Shown piece by piece: positions 1 to 9,100 of a stretch of 64,000 nt of DNA (position 1 is the first letter of the stretch; every line of letters starts with the position of its first letter). The notes beneath the pieces were generated by a model that was not told where the DNA came from, did not search any database, and saw nothing but the letters and a program-made list of their open reading frames with translations. The position numbers and the translations under genes are program-made. The stretch comes from a bacterium (GTDB taxonomy: Bacteria > Vulcanimicrobiota > Vulcanimicrobiia > Vulcanimicrobiales > SCRA01), in NCBI GenBank assembly GCA_004298665.1, contig SCQY01000356.1:17485-81484 (forward strand), in the 5' to 3' direction.

Positions 1-39
1 GGCTCCGGTCTTGTCGGCGATACGCGCAATCGATTTCAT
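1..39 (-). CDS. merC: MerC mercury transporter, first 13 codons only (gene runs off window start)
   Basis: Reverse strand from ATG (37-39) reads MKSIARIADKTGA. This matches the conserved MerC N-terminus (..TRIADKTGA..) and lies directly downstream of merP. Confidence 0.55.
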   Translation of the reverse strand, partial: MKSIARIADKTGA

Positions 40-56
40 GGCAAGACTCCTCGCAA

Positions 57-335
57 TCAATGCTCGACACTGGACGGATAGCCGGTTTGGGTCGTGGCCT
101 CGGTCAGCTTCTGGACAGTGGTCTTGGCGTCGTCGAAGGTCACGACGGCCTCGCGCGCGTCGTAGCGCACGTCGACCCGGCTCACGCCCTCGACTCTGGA
201 GAGCGCCGTCTTCACCGTGATCGGGCAGGCCGGGCAGGTCATGCCGGGTACGGAGAGCGTAACGGTCTGCATGGCGGCCCAGGCGGGCGTTGCCAGAGTC
301 GCGGCTAGGGCAGCAACGGCAGCGAGTTTCTTCAT
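57..335 (-). CDS. merP: MerP periplasmic mercury-binding protein
   Basis: Internal start MKKL at 335 is preceded by aaggag. Signal peptide followed by the GMTCPAC heavy-metal-associated motif (LSVPGMTCPACPITVK). The upstream part of ORF 57..389 is rejected. Confidence 0.9.
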   Translation of the reverse strand: MKKLAAVAALAATLATPAWAAMQTVTLSVPGMTCPACPITVKTALSRVEGVSRVDVRYDAREAVVTFDDAKTTVQKLTEATTQTGYPSSVEH

Positions 336-348
336 GACAATTCTCCTT

Positions 349-699
349 TCAGTAAAACAGCGGAAGGATGTAGGGGTAGGCGAGCGCAACCACTACCAGG
401 GCGGCCACGATCCAGAAAATGAACTTGTAGGCCGTGCGGACCTGTGGCACGGCGCACACCTCGCCGGGCTTGCAGGCGTGCGCAGACCGGAAGATGCGGC
501 GCCCGGCGAAGAACAGCGCGATCAGCGCCGCGCCGATGAAGATCGGCCGGTACGGCTCCAGCAGCGTCAGGTTGCCGATCCAGGCTCCCGAGAAGCCGAG
601 TGCGACGAGCACGAGCGGACCGAGACAACAGGTTGAGGCGAGGATGGCGGCAAGGCCGCCAGCCGCCAAGGCGCTACGGGTGTTCGCGGGTTCAGGCAT
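349..699 (-). CDS. merT: MerT mercuric ion transport membrane protein
   Basis: 116 aa. First TM helix carries the Cys pair (ASTCCLGPLVLV), with a second Cys pair in CKPGEVC. Order merT-merP-merC. Confidence 0.9.
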   Translation of the reverse strand: MPEPANTRSALAAGGLAAILASTCCLGPLVLVALGFSGAWIGNLTLLEPYRPIFIGAALIALFFAGRRIFRSAHACKPGEVCAVPQVRTAYKFIFWIVAALVVVALAYPYILPLFY

Positions 700-732
700 G
701 GAGGTCTCCTTCCGGTTCTTCGCTTGATGCTG

Positions 733-768
733 TAACGTTACTTCCGTAGTTGACTACGGAGTCAAGCG
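733..768. promoter_or_regulatory. mer operator/promoter (MerR-binding dyad inside a long-spacer PmerT)
   Basis: Reverse complement of 733-768 reads cgcTTGACTccgtagtcaactacggaagTAACGTtaca. This gives -35 TTGACT, the dyad TCCGTAG..CTACGGA within the spacer, and -10 TAACGT. It is laid out like the Tn501/Tn21 merOP (TTGACTCCGTACATGAGTACGGAAGTAAGGT). Confidence 0.8.
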
Positions 769-1178
769 TGACGAACGACGAGCGGGAGAACCTGACGATT
801 GGCGCCTTCGCCAAGGTGGCCGGCGTGAATGTGGAGACGATTCGCTTCTACCAGCACAAGGGATTGCTGCCCACGCCGGAGCGGCCCCACGGCGGCATCC
901 GCCGCTACAGCGACGCCGACGTCGAGCGAGTGAGGTTCGTGAAAGCGGCGCAGCGGCTGGGTTTCAGCCTGGAGGAAATCGGACAGCTCCTGAAGCTGGA
1001 AGACGGCACGCATTGCGGCGAGGCGGCCGAGCTGGCGGCGCAGCGCCTCGTCGACGTGCGGGCCAAACTTGCGGACCTTTCGCGGATCGAGGCGGCACTC
1101 GCCGGCCTCGTGAGCGAGTGCCGCTCGCGCCACGGCAACGTGTCCTGCCCGCTGATCGCCGCCTTGCATAGCCGCTAG
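768..1178 (+). CDS. merR: MerR Hg(II)-responsive transcriptional regulator
   Basis: The GTG at 768 sits immediately after GGAGTCAAGC, as in Tn501 (GGAGTCAAGCGAT-ATG). HTH region [23 protein letters not shown], and the Hg-ligand Cys residues (THCGEA ... GNVSCPLI). The ORF track offers TTG 750 as an alternative start. Confidence 0.9.
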   Translation: MTNDERENLTIGAFAKVAGVNVETIRFYQHKGLLPTPERPHGGIRRYSDADVERVRFVKAAQRLGFSLEEIGQLLKLEDGTHCGEAAELAAQRLVDVRAKLADLSRIEAALAGLVSECRSRHGNVSCPLIAALHSR

Positions 1179-1318
1179 GTCATGAAATTGATTGGCCTTG
1201 TATACGAGAGCGCTCACGCACCGGTGGGTGCGCGCAGTCTGATCACGCTCGCGTGGCGAAATGATGCGTGCCTCGAAAGAGCGCCAGTGTAGCCGGGCCG
1301 ACGGCCCAGCTACAGCGT

Positions 1319-1497
1319 TCAGATCCTCTCCCTCAGGATCTGTCCGCCCGTCATTTTGGCGACGCGGTCCACCTGTTCCATCAAACTGTGATCGCGTGTG
1401 ACCACCAGCACCGCCGCGTGGTTCTCGCGCGATATCTCCCGCAGCAATCGCATCACATTCAGCGCCCAGTCCGTAGCGCGCCCCTGGTTTCGCACGC
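1319..1497 (-). pseudogene. C-terminal fragment of an ABC-transporter ATP-binding protein
   Basis: My own reverse translation: ..ATDWALNVMRLLREISRENHAAVLVVTRDHSLMEQVDRVAKMTGGQILRERI*. This is a typical post-Walker-B/H-loop tail (..vlvVTHD...adrv..m.dG.i). Upstream reading is blocked by stops and there is no N-terminal domain. Confidence 0.5.
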
Positions 1498-1551
1498 AAA
1501 CCCATGTAATAAGTGCGACCTAACTACGACTAACATGCAGACGACGCGGAG

Positions 1552-1998
1552 TTGAGCTTGAGTGCCATGATTATTTTTCTTGTTGTTCTGCTCGTCGCCT
1601 ACACCAACGGCCGGAACGACAACTTCAAGGGTGTCACCCTATATGGCAGCGGGGCGGCTTCTTACCGCGTGTCCCTCGCGGGGACAACGGCGTTTTCGTT
1701 CCTAGGTGCAGTGGCTTCCGTGTTTCTCTCCATGACGCTCGTCGAGCGCTTTTCAGGACAAGGACTCGTCCCCGATGACATTGTTCACACTTACCCATTG
1801 GTCGCCGTCGCGTTGGAAACGGGCCTTACCGTAGTGCTGGCGTCATGCATCGACATGCCGGTTTCGACAACGCAGGCAATCACAGGTGACCGTATGGAGT
1901 TGAGCTTGCTGCGGCAGTGTGTTGCTCGCGTGGCCTCAACGATGCCCCAAAGGTCGCCGGTCTGCTCCTGCTCCTTCAGCCCGTGCAGATGTTGTTGA
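1552..1998 (+). pseudogene. PiT/PHO4-family phosphate transporter, disrupted
   Basis: N-terminus resembles PiT (YTNGRNDNFKGVTLYGSGAASYR ... MPVSTTQAITG) and then loses frame. A PiT-like ...LNDAPKVAGLLLLLQPV... continues in another frame near 1940-2000. Total length is far below about 330 aa. Confidence 0.5.
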
Positions 1999-2027
1999 AC
2001 CTCGCAGGGAGTCGGTGAATCAGGACT

Positions 2028-2717
2028 TTGATTATGGGCCGGAACGCGCAACAGACGGCAACGCTGTCCGTCCTTGCTGCCGTGCTATTGGTGACGGTCA
2101 CAGGCGGAATTCTCATCTGGGGATGGCTATCGCGCGCCGGCTTAACCGGGTTGGGGCACTCAGTCGATGAATCGGTGGCCCTGATCCGGTCATGGGGTGC
2201 GTGGGGCGTAATTGGCTCCATTGTGCTGATGACGCTTCACTCCTTCCTGCCGTTTCCTGCGGAAGTCGTCGCGCTCGCCAATGGCATGGTATACGGGCCC
2301 GTGTGGGGCGCGGCGCTTACTTGGGTGGGGGCAATGATTGGCGCATCGGTAGCCTTCGGCGTGGCACGCCTTTTGGGCCGGCCATTTGTGCAACGTCTTT
2401 CGTCTGTCGAGCACAGACGGCGTCTGGCAATGTGGTCCCACGATCGCGGCGGGGTCACCTTGCTTGTAAGCCGGCTCATCCCGGTGATCGCGTTCAATTT
2501 CATCAATTTCGCGGCGGCGCTTACGGACATTTCTTGGTGGACGTTCCTTTGGGCCACAGGCTTGGGTATCTTGCCGCTCACCGTGGTGCTCGCCATCCTG
2601 GGCGATCGGATGATCAGGCTGCCGCTCTGGTCGGGTCTCGTTATTGGCACGACGATACTGGTTGCAGTTCTTACCGCCGCGGTCGTGCGCAGACGTCGCC
2701 GCGGGCGGTCCGGTTAA
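2028..2717 (+). CDS. DedA / TVP38-TMEM64 (SNARE-associated) family membrane protein
   Basis: 229 aa polytopic protein with typical family strings: FLPFPAEVVALANGMVYGPVWG, RLIPVIAFNFINFAAALT. Confidence 0.75.
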   Translation: MIMGRNAQQTATLSVLAAVLLVTVTGGILIWGWLSRAGLTGLGHSVDESVALIRSWGAWGVIGSIVLMTLHSFLPFPAEVVALANGMVYGPVWGAALTWVGAMIGASVAFGVARLLGRPFVQRLSSVEHRRRLAMWSHDRGGVTLLVSRLIPVIAFNFINFAAALTDISWWTFLWATGLGILPLTVVLAILGDRMIRLPLWSGLVIGTTILVAVLTAAVVRRRRRGRSG

Positions 2718-2851
2718 TGCGGGCCACCAACGGTTTGCGTGCGCCGGCGATTGCTGCGTCTTCCGCTATCGCTCGGACAACACGTGATCTGCACGTTCCT
2801 CGTTCGGCACAGCGCTTAGTTGACTGTTAGTCTGTCGATCATTTTTGAACC

Positions 2852-3709
2852 ATGGACAAGCTGACCGCCCTGTTGACGCGTTTTTCAATGAGCGCCGGGG
2901 TGTTCTATGCGGGTGAGATCTGCGGCGCCCACGTATTTCACGAAGATGTGGCGCAAGGACACATCCACCTGATCAAGCGCGGACCCGTCCGGCTCATCGG
3001 CGTCGGAGAACAGGACGTCCAGATCGCTGAGCCCACGGTCATGTTCCTGCCGCGTCCGGATAAACATCGCCTGGTTGCAGATGACACGGTGGGCGCACAT
3101 GTGGTCTGTGGCACGGTCCGGTTAGGAGGCGGGGCAAGGAATCCCATCACGGACTCGCTTCCAACTCTTGTTCTGATCAAGCTCGTTGACCTCCCGGGAG
3201 CGGCTGCCTTGCTGGACCTGATTTTCGAGGAGGCATTTTCTGGGCAGTGCGGCCGCCAGGCGGCTCTGGATCGGCTTTGCGAAGTTTTGATGATCCGCTT
3301 GCTTCGCTACTGCATTGATCGGGGATTGACCCAAGGTGGCACCTTGGCGGGACTTGCGGACAGGCGCATAGCGAAAGCGCTCATTGCTATCCACGACGAT
3401 GCGGCGCGCCAATGGCAGTTGGCGGACCTGGCGGCGCTGGCTGGCATGTCGCGGGCGCGCTTTGCCGTGCAGTTCCGGGAGATCACCGGTGAAACGCCAG
3501 TCGACTATTTGGCCTCGTGGCGCCTTATGAGTGCGCAGACCTTGTTAAAACGAGGCGTGCCAATCAAGCACATCGCCGGGGACGTCGGTTACGGTAGCGC
3601 GAGCGCATTGACTCGGGCGTTTGTTCGGAAGTTCGGCTGCTCCCCCAGAGAATGGCTCAAGCTCGAACAGGGAGCGGGTCCCCTCTCTAAACCCGATACG
3701 CGCGGGTAG
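2852..3709 (+). CDS. AraC family transcriptional regulator (cupin N-domain)
   Basis: C-terminal double HTH: WQLADLAALAGMSRARFAVQFREITGETPVDYLASWRL...GYGSASALTRAFVRKFGCSPREW. Confidence 0.85.
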   Translation: MDKLTALLTRFSMSAGVFYAGEICGAHVFHEDVAQGHIHLIKRGPVRLIGVGEQDVQIAEPTVMFLPRPDKHRLVADDTVGAHVVCGTVRLGGGARNPITDSLPTLVLIKLVDLPGAAALLDLIFEEAFSGQCGRQAALDRLCEVLMIRLLRYCIDRGLTQGGTLAGLADRRIAKALIAIHDDAARQWQLADLAALAGMSRARFAVQFREITGETPVDYLASWRLMSAQTLLKRGVPIKHIAGDVGYGSASALTRAFVRKFGCSPREWLKLEQGAGPLSKPDTRG

Positions 3710-3833
3710 TCGAACGAGACGCACGGTCGCCTTCGCTGGCCCTGGCGGACATACCATCGGACCGTGCGCCAGCGGTCCGACGGATCGTGTGGCGACGAAA
3801 GCTTTCGCAACCACCTTTCAGGAGACCACGTTC

Positions 3834-4400
3834 ATGTCTGCAATGCCTTACGTCAATCTGCATCCCGTTGATCCTGCTGCTGCGCAGGGTGCGCAAAAGG
3901 AAGTGTTGGACTTCGCGCTGAAGCAGGTGGGATTCATCCCCAACATGTACGCTAACATGGCAAACGCGCCGGCCGTGCTGAGTACCTATCTGCACGGCTA
4001 TGGACTGTTTCGCAGCGAATCGGGGCTTAAGCCCGCCGAGCAGGAAGTGGTATTCCTTGCGATCAGTCAAGTGAATGGCTGCAATTACTGCATGGCTGCG
4101 CACAGCATGATTGCCGATCGGATGTCCGGTGTGCCGCATGAGGTTTTGCAGGCGATACGTACAAAACAACCGATCCCGGATGCGAAGCTCAATGCCTTGC
4201 ACGCAACGAGCAGAGAAATGGTGCAAACGCACGGCCAGCCCAGCCCTGCGACCGTTCGCGCCTTTCTAGAGGCAGGCTACCAGGAGCGCGACCTGCTCTA
4301 TATCGTGCTCGCCATTGCGGTGAAGACGTTGAGTAACTACAGCAACCATGCATTCGCTACTCAGGTCGACGAACGGTTTGCCGCTTACAAAGTCGATTAA
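3834..4400 (+). CDS. Carboxymuconolactone decarboxylase / AhpD-like family protein
   Basis: ATG 3834 is preceded by aggaga. The ISQVNGCNYCMAAH motif is CxxC in an AhpD-like context. The longer ORF from 3621 is rejected because its N-extension is low-complexity. Confidence 0.75.
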   Translation: MSAMPYVNLHPVDPAAAQGAQKEVLDFALKQVGFIPNMYANMANAPAVLSTYLHGYGLFRSESGLKPAEQEVVFLAISQVNGCNYCMAAHSMIADRMSGVPHEVLQAIRTKQPIPDAKLNALHATSREMVQTHGQPSPATVRAFLEAGYQERDLLYIVLAIAVKTLSNYSNHAFATQVDERFAAYKVD

Positions 4401-4756
4401 CTGCGTTCCTCGTTGCTTGTAGCGAGTTCGGCTTGGCCCCATGCGACATGCCGACATGATCGTCGTTCAGTCCGGACTGTGCCGTGCATCGTACATGGGC
4501 TGTCCGGTGAAGAACGCTATTCGATTTGACCTTGCGCGGCCAACCAAATGTGAACGATGGTCTCGCACGACGCTCAATTTCAAGGATCCGGACGCTGCTC
4601 CCAGGGGCACGCGGTTCAAGGTTACGACAGCTGCCGTCAATGACCCGGATCGGTTCGCGTAAAGTGAACCGGAAATGATGTGTGATCCACACGGTGCAGC
4701 GCGCTGCGCGCGCGAGCCTGACCTCGGTACCTGGCGGGTCGACAGGTCCCCAACAA

Positions 4757-5446
4757 TCAGTCATCCAATGAAATAATCCGGCTTGCAACTGCTAGCAGAT
4801 CTGGTTCGACGATGTCTGGCTGATCGCCAACGAGGAGGGGAGCGTTACCGGGACGGGCTACGAGTGCTGCCGCATAACCTGCTGCGCTCGCCCCCAGCGT
4901 ATCCCAGGTGTGCGCAGCGATGAGTCGCAGCATGCCAGCCTCGACGCCCAGCTCGCTTGCAACGAGGCCGTACGTTTGGCGCGACGGTTTGTAGAGCTTT
5001 ACTTCGTCGACGGAGAACAGACGTTCGAAATGATGGGAGAGTCCCGCCTTGTCAAGCAATGCCTTGCCCGATTCGGGCGGGGAGTTCGTGAGCGTCACCA
5101 TCCGGAACCCTGCATCTCCGAGACGCTCGAGCGCTTCGGGAACCTCAGGATGCGGCGGCAAACTGCGCATGATGTCCGCGAAGCCGTTGATGTCTCGGCC
5201 GTTGAGGGTCACGCGACGAATCTTCGCGACCATCTGCAATACGGCTATTGAAAGCGTGCCGAACCCGGCGTATGCGCCGCTCAGGCTCAGCGCCTGCGAA
5301 TAGAGAATCAGTTCCGCGAACCATTGTCGCATCACCCGTGCGTCACCGAACGTCCGTTCGAAGAACGGATTGAGTACATCGATGTCAAGCAGCGTCTCGT
5401 TGACATCGAAGACGAGAATGCGACGACGGCGGGGTCCGGCAGCCAT
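4757..5446 (-). CDS. HAD-superfamily hydrolase (haloacid dehalogenase type II-like)
   Basis: Start MAAGPRRRRILVFDVNETLLD (DxNxT-type motif I). Also LTNS (motif II) and YKPSRQTY. Internal start chosen within ORF 4757..5629. Confidence 0.75.
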   Translation of the reverse strand: MAAGPRRRRILVFDVNETLLDIDVLNPFFERTFGDARVMRQWFAELILYSQALSLSGAYAGFGTLSIAVLQMVAKIRRVTLNGRDINGFADIMRSLPPHPEVPEALERLGDAGFRMVTLTNSPPESGKALLDKAGLSHHFERLFSVDEVKLYKPSRQTYGLVASELGVEAGMLRLIAAHTWDTLGASAAGYAAALVARPGNAPLLVGDQPDIVEPDLLAVASRIISLDD

Positions 5447-5914
5447 GGGTATCTCCTGTTTCACGATGATAAGACTCGCCAGCGCCCGGAGCGATTCACG
5501 TTGCCTGCTGGCGTTGATGCCGGTCGGACCTTGCGCAGCTACATCCGGATGACGCCAGCATAGCGATATTTTTACGCGACTGCCGCCCGACGAAGCGGTA
5601 GCCGTCGAGATCGTGCGACCGCCTTGCAATTCGTTGTAAACCGCCCGGAGCTATGCCGACTAATCCGCGACCGGATGCGTTTGTTATCGGGCATCGTTTA
5701 CCAGCCGATTACGTCCAAAGCTGGACTGCAAGGAGTACTGCACCTTGGATATCAGGCGCCGCGTTTTTATGGCCGCTGCGATGGCCGGAGCGCTGGGTGC
5801 AGGACACGGCGTTCTACTTTGCTACTAACTGGCGTATATGAATTGAGCAGGCGATCGTGATCGCCCCGAACTTGCCTCGACAACTGGAGAACCCGATTTC
5901 AAAGGGAGACCACA

Positions 5915-6382
5915 TTGAATGCAATTACACGGTCCAGCTTTTTATCCGAACGCTTCGACGACGTTTTCTGGCGCGACGGCGGAGCCTTGCTGAACCTGGG
6001 GCTTCGCGTGTTCGTCGGCTGGCAGTCCTTCAAATCGCGGATGCTCGAGCTGAGTGACTGGGGCGCAACCCTGTCGATGTTCCATGACGTATATCACACA
6101 CCATTGTTGCCGCGGGCCGTCGCGGCCTCGCTCGGCGCGTTCGGGGAAATCACCTTTCCAACACTGCTCTTCGTCGGCTTTCTGTCGCGTCCAGCCGCTT
6201 TAGGCCTCTTTTTCGTCAACCTGGTCGCGGTGATCTCCTGTCCGGACCTGCTTCACCTCGAGGGTCCGGCAGCGATCAACGTTCACAGGTACTGGGGCAT
6301 ACTGCTGCTGGTACTGCTTGTGTGGGGACCGCGCAGGCTGTATATGGACAGCTGGCTGACAAGGGGGCAATCCCGTGGCTGA
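5915..6382 (+). CDS. DoxX family membrane protein
   Basis: 155 aa with 4 predicted TM segments. LRVFVGWQSFKSRM ... FGEITFPTLLFVGFLSRPAALGLFFVNLVAV is typical of DoxX. Confidence 0.6.
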   Translation: MNAITRSSFLSERFDDVFWRDGGALLNLGLRVFVGWQSFKSRMLELSDWGATLSMFHDVYHTPLLPRAVAASLGAFGEITFPTLLFVGFLSRPAALGLFFVNLVAVISCPDLLHLEGPAAINVHRYWGILLLVLLVWGPRRLYMDSWLTRGQSRG

Positions 6383-8603
6383 TATGAAGTCAGCGTCTGC
6401 TACGTCGGCGGGGGCGGGCGGCCGCGCAGAGCATCCGGTCAGGAGCAAGACCGCCGGCCGACTGGCGCTGCTCGCTTTTGCCGGCGTGCTCGCGGCCGGG
6501 TTCTTTGCGTTTGGCGGCCAGCACTACCTGTCACTCGAATATATCAAGTCCCAGCAAGCGGCCTTTGCTCACACACGGGACGCGCATCCGGTTGCAACAT
6601 CGTTGTTCTTTTTCCTTGCGTACGTTGGTGTGACCGCTCTGTCGATCCCAGGCGCGACCGTAATGACGCTGGCCGCGGGCGCACTGTTTGGAACGGGATG
6701 GGGCGCTTCGCTCGTTTCCTTCGCCTCGACAACGGGCGCGACGCTGGCGTTTGCTGCATCCCGGTATGTCCTGCGCGATTCGATACGCGCGCGCTTTTCC
6801 GAGCGCCTCGACGCAATCAATGCGGGAGTGGAGCGAGAGGGTTGGATGTATGTTCTGTCGCTGCGGCTCATCCCGGCGATGCCGTTCTGGCTGGTCAACC
6901 TGCTGATGGGTGTCACCGCAATCCGTACGTTGACCTTCTATTGGGCCAGTCAACTCGGCATGCTGCCCGCGACGCTGGTGTACGTCAACGTCGGCACGCA
7001 ACTGTCCGGTCTGACATCGCTGCGCGGTGTCGTCTCGCCGGAGATGCTCGCCGCCTTCGTGGCGCTGGCGGTGCTCCCCTACGGCGTCAAACGCGTGATG
7101 GCGGCAATCAAAGTTCGGCGATTGCTATCCGCATGGAGACGTCCTGATCGGTTCGACTATAACGTTGTCGTCATCGGCGCGGGGGCGGCCGGACTCGTGT
7201 CCTCTTACATCGCTGCAGCAGCGAAAGCGAAAGTTGCGCTTGTCGAGCGGGGCGCGATGGGCGGAGACTGCCTTAATACAGGGTGTGTGCCATCGAAGGC
7301 CCTTCTGCGCTGCGCAGACGTCGCGCAGGAATTGCGGCGCGCGGCGGAATTCGGCGTTGACGTGAGCAGCGAGGTAAGCGTCGACTTCGGCGCAGTCATG
7401 CGGCGTGTCGCCGAAAAGCAGGCGGAGGTGGCACCGCACGACTCCGTTGAGCGCTTCACCCGTCTTGGTGTCGAGTGTCATCTAGGCAGCGCAAAGATAA
7501 CGTCGCCATTCACGGTCGATGTGACGGGAGACGATGGCGTGGTTCGGACCCTGACCACCCGCAGCATTGTAATCGCGGCGGGCTCGAAACCTGCCGTGCC
7601 GGATCTTCCAGGCTTGGCGGATCTCGGGTTCCTCACATCCGACTCCGTGTGGTCGCTGCGCGAGCTGCCGAAGCGGCTCGTAGTGCTGGGCGGTGGTCCA
7701 ATCGGTTGCGAACTGGCACAAGGCTTCGCGCGGCTCGGTTCCAAAGTCACCCAGATCCAACGCGGCCCCAGGCTCCTTCCAAAAGAAGATGCGGACGCGT
7801 CCGCATTGGTATTGAAACGCTTTATGTCAGAGGGCATCGCAGTTCATCTCGGGTGTACGGCGCTCAGGTGCGAGCGTCGAGGATCCGAAAAGTTCATCAT
7901 TCTTAGGACCCCGGAGGGCGAGCGCATGATTGCCTTTGACGAAATTCTCTGTGCCGTGGGACGCGAGGCCAATACCGAAGGGTATGGCCTGAAGGAACTT
8001 GGCATCGGCCTCACGCCGGCGCGCACGGTTGAAGTTGACCCATGGATGCGGACCCGCTATCCCAACATTTACGCGTGCGGTGATATTGCCGGGCCATTCC
8101 AGTTCACGCATATGGCGGCGCATCAGGCATGGTATGCATCCGTAAATGCTTTGTTTGGTAGGCTGCACCGTTTCAGAATCGACTACAGTGTCACGCCGTG
8201 GGTCACCTTCACTTCACCGGAGGTGGCGAGGGTCGGCCTCAACGAGGACGAGGCATCGGCGAAAGGCGTTCCGTGCGAGGTGACCCTCTATAGTTTGGCG
8301 GAACTCGATAGAGCAATCGCTGATGGAAGTGCCGAAGGATTCGTCAAGGTGTTGACTCCACCAGGAAAGGATCGGATTCTGGGCGTCACGATCGTTGGCG
8401 AGCATGCGTCGGCACAACTGGCCGAGTTCGTTTTAGCGATGCGCAATGGAATAGGACTAAACAGGATTCTGGGTACGATTCATGTTTATCCGACGCATTC
8501 CGAGGCCGTGAAGTATGTCGCGGGGCAGTGGAAATTGAACCATGCCCCGCAGCGGATTCTTCGCTTGCTGGCGCGTTACCACGCTTGGATGAGGAGGGCA
8601 TGA
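6375..8603 (+). CDS. Bifunctional DedA/TVP38 membrane domain + FAD-dependent pyridine nucleotide-disulfide oxidoreductase
   Basis: The N-terminal ~250 aa are DedA-like TM segments. Then come GAGAAG (FAD), the redox-active GGDCLNTGCVPSK, a second GGGPIGCE dinucleotide fold, and C-terminal HVYPTHSEA. Start is GTG 6375 or ATG 6384. Confidence 0.85.
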   Translation: MADMKSASATSAGAGGRAEHPVRSKTAGRLALLAFAGVLAAGFFAFGGQHYLSLEYIKSQQAAFAHTRDAHPVATSLFFFLAYVGVTALSIPGATVMTLAAGALFGTGWGASLVSFASTTGATLAFAASRYVLRDSIRARFSERLDAINAGVEREGWMYVLSLRLIPAMPFWLVNLLMGVTAIRTLTFYWASQLGMLPATLVYVNVGTQLSGLTSLRGVVSPEMLAAFVALAVLPYGVKRVMAAIKVRRLLSAWRRPDRFDYNVVVIGAGAAGLVSSYIAAAAKAKVALVERGAMGGDCLNTGCVPSKALLRCADVAQELRRAAEFGVDVSSEVSVDFGAVMRRVAEKQAEVAPHDSVERFTRLGVECHLGSAKITSPFTVDVTGDDGVVRTLTTRSIVIAAGSKPAVPDLPGLADLGFLTSDSVWSLRELPKRLVVLGGGPIGCELAQGFARLGSKVTQIQRGPRLLPKEDADASALVLKRFMSEGIAVHLGCTALRCERRGSEKFIILRTPEGERMIAFDEILCAVGREANTEGYGLKELGIGLTPARTVEVDPWMRTRYPNIYACGDIAGPFQFTHMAAHQAWYASVNALFGRLHRFRIDYSVTPWVTFTSPEVARVGLNEDEASAKGVPCEVTLYSLAELDRAIADGSAEGFVKVLTPPGKDRILGVTIVGEHASAQLAEFVLAMRNGIGLNRILGTIHVYPTHSEAVKYVAGQWKLNHAPQRILRLLARYHAWMRRA

Positions 8604-8618
8604 TCGTGCTTCACGAGC

Positions 8619-8846
8619 TTGCCTGATGCCATGGCCAATCGCAAGCAAGTGCCGGAGATTGCCGCGTCGACCTGCCGGCACGTCCATCGACTGATCGTTG
8701 AACGGTTCGATCGCGAACTATGCCCGGACGAGGAAAATCGAGTCGATCTGCATATCGCAGCATGCCACGACTGCCTTGTTTTCTACGACCAACTGACGTT
8801 GATACATAAGGCAATGGAAGCACTGAGGCAAGGCTTGGCGGGATAG
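8619..8846 (+). CDS. Small zf-HC2 (anti-sigma-like) protein
   Basis: 75 aa. The pattern C..H.......(x)...H..AC..C (CRHVHRLIVERFDRELCPDEENRVDLHIAACHDC) resembles zf-HC2 anti-sigma N-domains. No adjacent sigma factor. Confidence 0.4.
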   Translation: MPDAMANRKQVPEIAASTCRHVHRLIVERFDRELCPDEENRVDLHIAACHDCLVFYDQLTLIHKAMEALRQGLAG

Positions 8847-9100
8847 GCGTGAGCGGCCTGACTCGACATTATCGAGGAGGCCGTTGACGAGTTGAGCGCG
8901 CGGATCGATCGGATTCAGCGGAAGCTCGCCGGCCTGCAAGGGTGCCGTGCGAGTCCGAGTGGATTGGTCGGCAGGGTATCCGGCATCCCGAAATTGTTTT
9001 CGGTGGCGCCAGCCAAATGAGCACAGGCTTTCTCTGCAAGGCGTGCCAGTGTACCATCCAGCCAGCAGTTAAACCGAGCGACAGTCGAGAACGGAAAATC

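Noticed and set aside
762-1505. 247-aa reverse ORF covering merR and the region beyond
   Set aside because: It is antisense to a clearly real merR and has a low-complexity R/G/A-rich translation typical of spurious ORFs in high-GC DNA. Only its distal part overlaps the ABC-ATPase fragment, and in a different frame.
6375-8603. Possible MerA (mercuric reductase) call because of proximity to the mer operon
   Set aside because: It lacks the C-terminal Cys-Cys pair and the NmerA/HMA domain, carries a DedA membrane domain instead, and is separated from mer by unrelated genes.
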